This document shows, piece by piece, positions 59,349-64,000 of a DNA stretch of 64,000 nt. The position numbers and the translations under genes are program-made. The notes under the pieces were generated by a model, which saw only the letters and a program-made list of their open reading frames with translations, searched no databases and was not told where the DNA came from. The first letter of the stretch is position 1; each line of letters opens with the position of its first letter. This DNA comes from Marispirochaeta sp. (GTDB lineage: Bacteria; Spirochaetota; Spirochaetia; JC444; Marispirochaetaceae): assembly GCA_963676835.2 (NCBI GenBank), contig CAXXFF010000002.1, forward strand, positions 1-64,000, given 5' to 3'.

Positions 59349-60035
59349 ATGACCGTCTATATTGTGGAAGACAACCCCAATGTACGAGAAGCACTGGCGG
59401 GATATCTTAAACTTGAAGGAATAGAGGTCGCCGAGTTCGGCGACCTCACCTCAGCTGAAAGCAGGTTGAAAAAAGAAACGCCGGACCTCCTGGTGCTGGA
59501 TGTAATGCTTCCCGACGGTGACGGCTTTCTGTTTGCAAAAAACATTAAAAAGAGGATGGATGTCCCAATTCTCTTTCTTACCGCCAGAGATCAGGAATCC
59601 GACCGTATTACCGGGCTGGAATTAGGTGCAGATGACTATGTGGTTAAGCCTTTCAGTCCAAGGGAAGTTGTGTTAAGAATACAGGCAATCCTTAAACGTA
59701 CCCAAACAGCAGAAGTGAGCCTCCAGAAAACCGGAACCTACACTCTGGGGAATAATACCCTGGAACTCCAGAAAGAGACCCACCGGATTCTCATAAACGG
59801 AACCGCCGCCTCCCTCACTGCAGCAGAATGGAACATTCTTACCCATCTGATTGAGCATCAGCCCCAGGTTTTCAACCGCCTTCAGTTACTGGAAAGCTGC
59901 CTTGGTTCTCTGGCGGAAGGTTCTGAGCGGACTATAGATACCCATATAAAAAATTTACGGCGAAAACTGGAGAACGAAACCTGGGTGGAAACCGTTCGCG
60001 GCTTCGGTTACCGCTTTAACGGCGAACCACAGTGA
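59349..60035 (+). CDS. OmpR-family response regulator (BaeR-like)
   Basis: VEDN, LDVMLP, KPFSPRE, RTIDTHIKNLRRKL, TVRGFGY. Confidence 0.93.
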   Translation: MTVYIVEDNPNVREALAGYLKLEGIEVAEFGDLTSAESRLKKETPDLLVLDVMLPDGDGFLFAKNIKKRMDVPILFLTARDQESDRITGLELGADDYVVKPFSPREVVLRIQAILKRTQTAEVSLQKTGTYTLGNNTLELQKETHRILINGTAASLTAAEWNILTHLIEHQPQVFNRLQLLESCLGSLAEGSERTIDTHIKNLRRKLENETWVETVRGFGYRFNGEPQ

Positions 60036-61297
60036 AAACCGCCCGATCCTGGCTGCTTCAGGGATTCATCCTCGCCTTTCTGCTGCTCATTCTTACACAA
60101 TTGCTGATTCTCACCCTGGGGATTGCCCCGATAATGAACAGTTACAGCAAAAACCAGTCTGCCTATCTGGAAGATCTGGCCAGAAAAATCCTGATTAATC
60201 CCCAGAACATATCCGTCTCGGCTCCAGAACATGCAGGACCTTTCTTTGTTTTTTCCGCCGACAAAACCCTGCTCTACACCAATCGGGGCAAAGGACGGTC
60301 AATTCCCAGCACAGACTATACTCCCATCGAGTATAAAGGCACGGTTATAGGCTATTACTATGCAGGAGAACTCCGCTTTCTCGACTCCAGTGCCAACAGG
60401 CTCTTTCTGCTGGGCCTGACATTTCTTTTCGCCGGATCCCTGATTGTATCTCTGTTGATTGCAGCGGCAGCAGCTTTACTGATAGCCCGGCGCATTACCG
60501 CCCCGGTGGCCATGCTGCAGCTGGATATTTCCGCCCTTCAGAACCTGAAACCTGTTGCTTCACGGGAACTCCCGGTAAAGGAACTCAGCGAAATATCCCG
60601 CAGCCTCCACAATGTCAGCACCCTGCTTGCCGGCGAAGAGGAGTACAAGCGGCAGTGGATGCAGAATATCGCCCACGATCTGCGGACACCCATAAGCGGT
60701 TTGAGAGGTCAGCTTGAGGGGATGCGGGACGGAGTACTGCCGGCTGTTCCCGAGCGGTTCACCAATACCCTGGTGGAAGTACAGCGGCTTGAAGAGCTGG
60801 CCCAGGCGGTCAGCGAACTCTACCGGATAGAGAATCTCCGGGAAATAGAGATAAACCGATTTCCAGTCAGGAGCTTTATCACCGAACTGGAAGCATCCTT
60901 CGGCCAGGCCCTCAGTTCCCGGAAAATGTCCTTTGAGACGGAAATCAATACAGAAAGCCTGTGGGCAAACCAGTCTCTCCTGACAAGAGCCGTGGGAAAC
61001 ATAATCGGCAACGCAGTTAAATACGCAGGAGAAGGAACCCGGGTAAGACTGAAGATTGAGAGGCATGAAAACAGTCAGGTACTCCGGATTTCAAATAACG
61101 GCCCCTCCCTGCCGGAGGATGGGCTGGATAAAATATTTCAGCGTTTTTACCGGGGAGAAGAGAGCCGAACCAGTCCAGGAACCGGCCTTGGGCTCAACAT
61201 TGCGGCAGAAATTGTACACCGTCACAAAGGAAGCCTGAAGGCAGAGAATCTTTATCCCAGAGGAGTTGAGTTTATAATAACTCTTCCTGAGGCATAG
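60032..61297 (+). CDS. Sensor histidine kinase (BaeS-like)
   Basis: 2 TM; AHDLRTP, NAVKY, FQRFYRG, GTGLGL. Confidence 0.92.
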   Translation: MKTARSWLLQGFILAFLLLILTQLLILTLGIAPIMNSYSKNQSAYLEDLARKILINPQNISVSAPEHAGPFFVFSADKTLLYTNRGKGRSIPSTDYTPIEYKGTVIGYYYAGELRFLDSSANRLFLLGLTFLFAGSLIVSLLIAAAAALLIARRITAPVAMLQLDISALQNLKPVASRELPVKELSEISRSLHNVSTLLAGEEEYKRQWMQNIAHDLRTPISGLRGQLEGMRDGVLPAVPERFTNTLVEVQRLEELAQAVSELYRIENLREIEINRFPVRSFITELEASFGQALSSRKMSFETEINTESLWANQSLLTRAVGNIIGNAVKYAGEGTRVRLKIERHENSQVLRISNNGPSLPEDGLDKIFQRFYRGEESRTSPGTGLGLNIAAEIVHRHKGSLKAENLYPRGVEFIITLPEA

Positions 61298-61334
61298 AGT
61301 TTTTACCAGCCGTTTATTATACTGTGCAGTAAGC

Positions 61335-62351
61335 ATGCAAGTAATGATAAACCGCCAGACCGCGATCCTTTCAGCGATGCTGAAAATCCTGGTTATTTTT
61401 GGTTCAATAGCCTATATTCCCAGCCTTTTCGCCTGTTTCTACGAAGAACTGTACCTTCTCGCAATCATCGATACCATCTGCTATGCAGCTCTGATCACTG
61501 CATATCTTAATAAGCTGCACTACCTGTTTCGCATGGTAATTATTCTACTTGTCTCACTGGTGCTGGGCGCTGCAGTTCTCTATTACACCGGAACCGACGG
61601 GGCTGGTTATCTCTGGCTTATCTTCGCGGTGTTCATTGCCGCCCTCTTTGGAAAAAAAACTGCTATTATTCTCACCATAAGTGCAACCCAGGGGATTCTT
61701 CAGCTTTATATGGTTTTGAACATTCTGCACATTCTGAATCATTCCACTTCACTCCTCGGAATGATCACCATCAGCGCCAATATGCTGATCATTTCGGGAA
61801 CCGTTGCATACATTGTACACTACCTCCTGGGCTCACTGAACCATGAGCTCGGGCAGAGAGAGAAGCTGCTTCGACTTTTACGTCACCGGATTATGAATAA
61901 TCTTCAGACACTGGAAAGCCTTATTTCCCTGGAAAAAACCGGGGGCAGCCACTCAAGAGATCTCCAGAGAAGAATAGAAGCCCTGTCAACAGCAACAAAC
62001 CTGCTGCTGGAGAAAGAATACCGTCAGGAGATAGAGCTCCCGGAGCTGCTGCGAATTCTTGCCAGGGATATCTCTGTGGTTGTAAGCGATGAAAGTGATC
62101 AGACCTTAATGATATCCGCGGAACAGCTTACCGAGCTGACCATAGGCTTCAGCGACATTTTTAACGCACTGAAAGCCTACGGACCGCTGCATGTACAAAT
62201 CAAACAGGTTATCCAGATATCAACGGAAAAAAATCTGCCGGAAGAAGGCGGTGCGGAACAGCTTTTTTCCAATTGCCTCATTCCGGAATACTGGATCGAC
62301 CGGAATCAGACTCCAGGAACCCCTCTCAGGATAAAACTGCAGGCTAGATAG
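61335..62351 (+). CDS. Multi-TM protein with HisKA_2-like helix and degenerate ATPase region
   Basis: About 6 TM; LRHRIMNNLQ H-box; no N/G boxes. Confidence 0.6.
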   Translation: MQVMINRQTAILSAMLKILVIFGSIAYIPSLFACFYEELYLLAIIDTICYAALITAYLNKLHYLFRMVIILLVSLVLGAAVLYYTGTDGAGYLWLIFAVFIAALFGKKTAIILTISATQGILQLYMVLNILHILNHSTSLLGMITISANMLIISGTVAYIVHYLLGSLNHELGQREKLLRLLRHRIMNNLQTLESLISLEKTGGSHSRDLQRRIEALSTATNLLLEKEYRQEIELPELLRILARDISVVVSDESDQTLMISAEQLTELTIGFSDIFNALKAYGPLHVQIKQVIQISTEKNLPEEGGAEQLFSNCLIPEYWIDRNQTPGTPLRIKLQAR

Positions 62352-63108
62352 CTGCAGTGATTCCGCCGTCTACATAAATCAGCTGACCATTAATAAAGTT
62401 GGAAGCCTCGGAAGAGAGAAACAGCAGAGTACCGATCAGCTCTTCAGGGTCGCCCCAGCGGCCGGCGGGAGTTCTTCCGCAGATCCAGGAATCGAAGGCA
62501 GGATCGTCTTTCAGGGGTTTTGTCATTTCCGTGGCGAAATAGCCCGGTCCGATACCGTTAATCTGAATACCGTATTTTGCCCAGTCAACGGTCATACCTT
62601 TGGTCAGCATTTTTATGCCGCCTTTGGATGCAGCATAGGGTGCGATGGTATTGCGTCCAAGGTCGCTCTGAAGGCTGCAGATATTAATAATCTTGCCGGC
62701 TTTTCTTTCGATCATGCCCTTAACCACTGCTTTTGATACAAGAAAGGCCCCGGTAAGGTTTATATCCAGGATTTTTCGCCACTCATCCTCGGGAAAATCC
62801 TCCAGAGGGGCCCGGAACTGTACGCCTGCATTATTCACCAGCACATCAATATTGCCAATTTCAGCGTGTATAGTGTCGATTCCTTTGCTTATACTGCCAG
62901 AATCGGAAATATCAAAAGAGACAGCCTCAGTCTCAAGCCCCTCCTGCCGGAGCTCATCTTGAGCCTTTTTAAGCTGTTCAGGATTCCGCCCGTTCAGAAT
63001 AACCTTTGCTCCCGCTTGGGCAAACCCTTTTGCCAGAATAAACCCCAGGCCGCGGCTTGAACCGGTAACCAGGACAACCTTTCCGGCAACATCAAACAGA
63101 TTCTTCAT
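62344..63108 (-). CDS. idnO: Gluconate 5-dehydrogenase (SDR)
   Basis: TGSSRGLG, NNAGVQFR, ICSLQSDLGR, YAASKGG, RTPAGRWG. Confidence 0.85.
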   Translation of the reverse strand: MKNLFDVAGKVVLVTGSSRGLGFILAKGFAQAGAKVILNGRNPEQLKKAQDELRQEGLETEAVSFDISDSGSISKGIDTIHAEIGNIDVLVNNAGVQFRAPLEDFPEDEWRKILDINLTGAFLVSKAVVKGMIERKAGKIINICSLQSDLGRNTIAPYAASKGGIKMLTKGMTVDWAKYGIQINGIGPGYFATEMTKPLKDDPAFDSWICGRTPAGRWGDPEELIGTLLFLSSEASNFINGQLIYVDGGITAAI

Positions 63109-63171
63109 TATGATTCTCCTTTGCATAAATCATTATAATATAAACCCTTACATTCAAACTTCTCAAAACCT

Positions 63172-63999
63172 CTACTCCTCATTAAGTCCGGAGTAAAAGG
63201 CAATTTCCGATTCACTGACACGGATCATCTCCGAAGCGGTTTCCCCGAAATGGGCTGCAAAGCGGAGCAGGGCATCATGCAGCTCTGCATCAAGATTTTC
63301 TATCAGTTCCGCATTTCCCAGCATAAGATACTTCGCCTGGGGATCCCCCGAAGCATACCGGGAAGCAGTCCACTGGTTCCAGTCCTGATAGTACCAGTCA
63401 AGAAGATCGAGCACAACAAAGCCCGCCTTGCCCTCCCGTACGGATTTGAGCAGCAGATCGGAACTGAGCTTCAGCGGAGTCAGATTCAGACTGATAAACC
63501 GTTCATCAAGAACAGTATCCCCGTACACAACAGCAACTGTATCGTTATTATAGGTCAGTTTCTCCCGGATCTTCCAGATATACTGGACCGGGCTGCTGAT
63601 CTCAGCAAGAAGAACTGTTCCCGAGACTGCATCCAGGTTTTCCGCGTACAGCTCCTCCCTGACCAGGCATATTTCGAGGGTCCCCCGGGAGGTTCCCTTA
63701 AGGATCTGTTCATCCGGGCCCAGGGAGCCCTCGGGATAGATTTCTACGATAAACTTGAGGTCCGTACTGGTCTCCAGCACCGTGGCAAAATCCTGACTCA
63801 AGGCCTGATGGAGAGGGTGATACCGGGGAAGACTGTGGGCGATTTTTATAACCTGGAATGATACTGCTTCATTTCCCAGCCGATAGCTTCGTCCCTGCTC
63901 CGAAACATAGGGAAGCCCGGAAGGAACAAAATAGGGAAGAATAATTATGTAAGCGAGGCTTACGATGACAATAAAAGCGACAATTATGCCCAGGATAAT
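63172..63999 (-). CDS. DctP (TRAP substrate-binding)-like protein with N-terminal TM; start lies beyond the right edge
   Basis: Frame open to the edge: IILGIIVAFIVIVSLAYII...IKIAHSLPRYHPLHQAL...VEIYPEGSLGPDEQIL..GTLEI. Confidence 0.6.
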   Translation of the reverse strand: MILGIIVAFIVIVSLAYIIILPYFVPSGLPYVSEQGRSYRLGNEAVSFQVIKIAHSLPRYHPLHQALSQDFATVLETSTDLKFIVEIYPEGSLGPDEQILKGTSRGTLEICLVREELYAENLDAVSGTVLLAEISSPVQYIWKIREKLTYNNDTVAVVYGDTVLDERFISLNLTPLKLSSDLLLKSVREGKAGFVVLDLLDWYYQDWNQWTASRYASGDPQAKYLMLGNAELIENLDAELHDALLRFAAHFGETASEMIRVSESEIAFYSGLNEE

Positions 64000-64000
64000 A

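Overview
Bacterial chromosomal window, probably from a free-living spirochaete (Spirochaetaceae-like). That call is inferred from FANGxQE/FAGGQxE-type N-termini and gene repertoire and is not verified. No rRNA, tRNA, CRISPR array or transposase was seen. Contents, left to right: (1) 1-7.8 kb, an exopolysaccharide-associated locus with a NadE-like/ACP/AsnB/acyl-AMP ligase/AcpS cassette. It also carries three adjacent candidate c-di-GMP receptors: a VpsT-like LuxR, a PilZ protein, and a priming sugar transferase fused to a degenerate GGDEF. (2) A Phd-VapC toxin-antitoxin pair and a decayed HigBA-like relic. (3) A carotenoid cluster with an unusual XRE-HTH + B12-binding (CarH-like) regulator. (4) An orphan 53-aa peptide with a lasso-type RiPP leader but no ring-forming acidic residue. 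(5) A signalling block: pseudo REC-PP2C, FHA, PAS, CheB/CheR and a HisKA_2 kinase. (6) A probable six-gene operon: NlpC/P60, outer-membrane barrel, STAS, PP2C-RsbW fusion, MBL/GGDEF/REC pseudo-enzyme and HEAT-GT2 synthase. It looks like a partner-switch-controlled polysaccharide system. (7) Ordinary genes: mutM, MCP, ppaC, ABC, MATE, ZIP, kduID/IclR, a BaeSR-like locus and gluconate 5-dehydrogenase. All calls come from motif recognition by eye; no searches were run.
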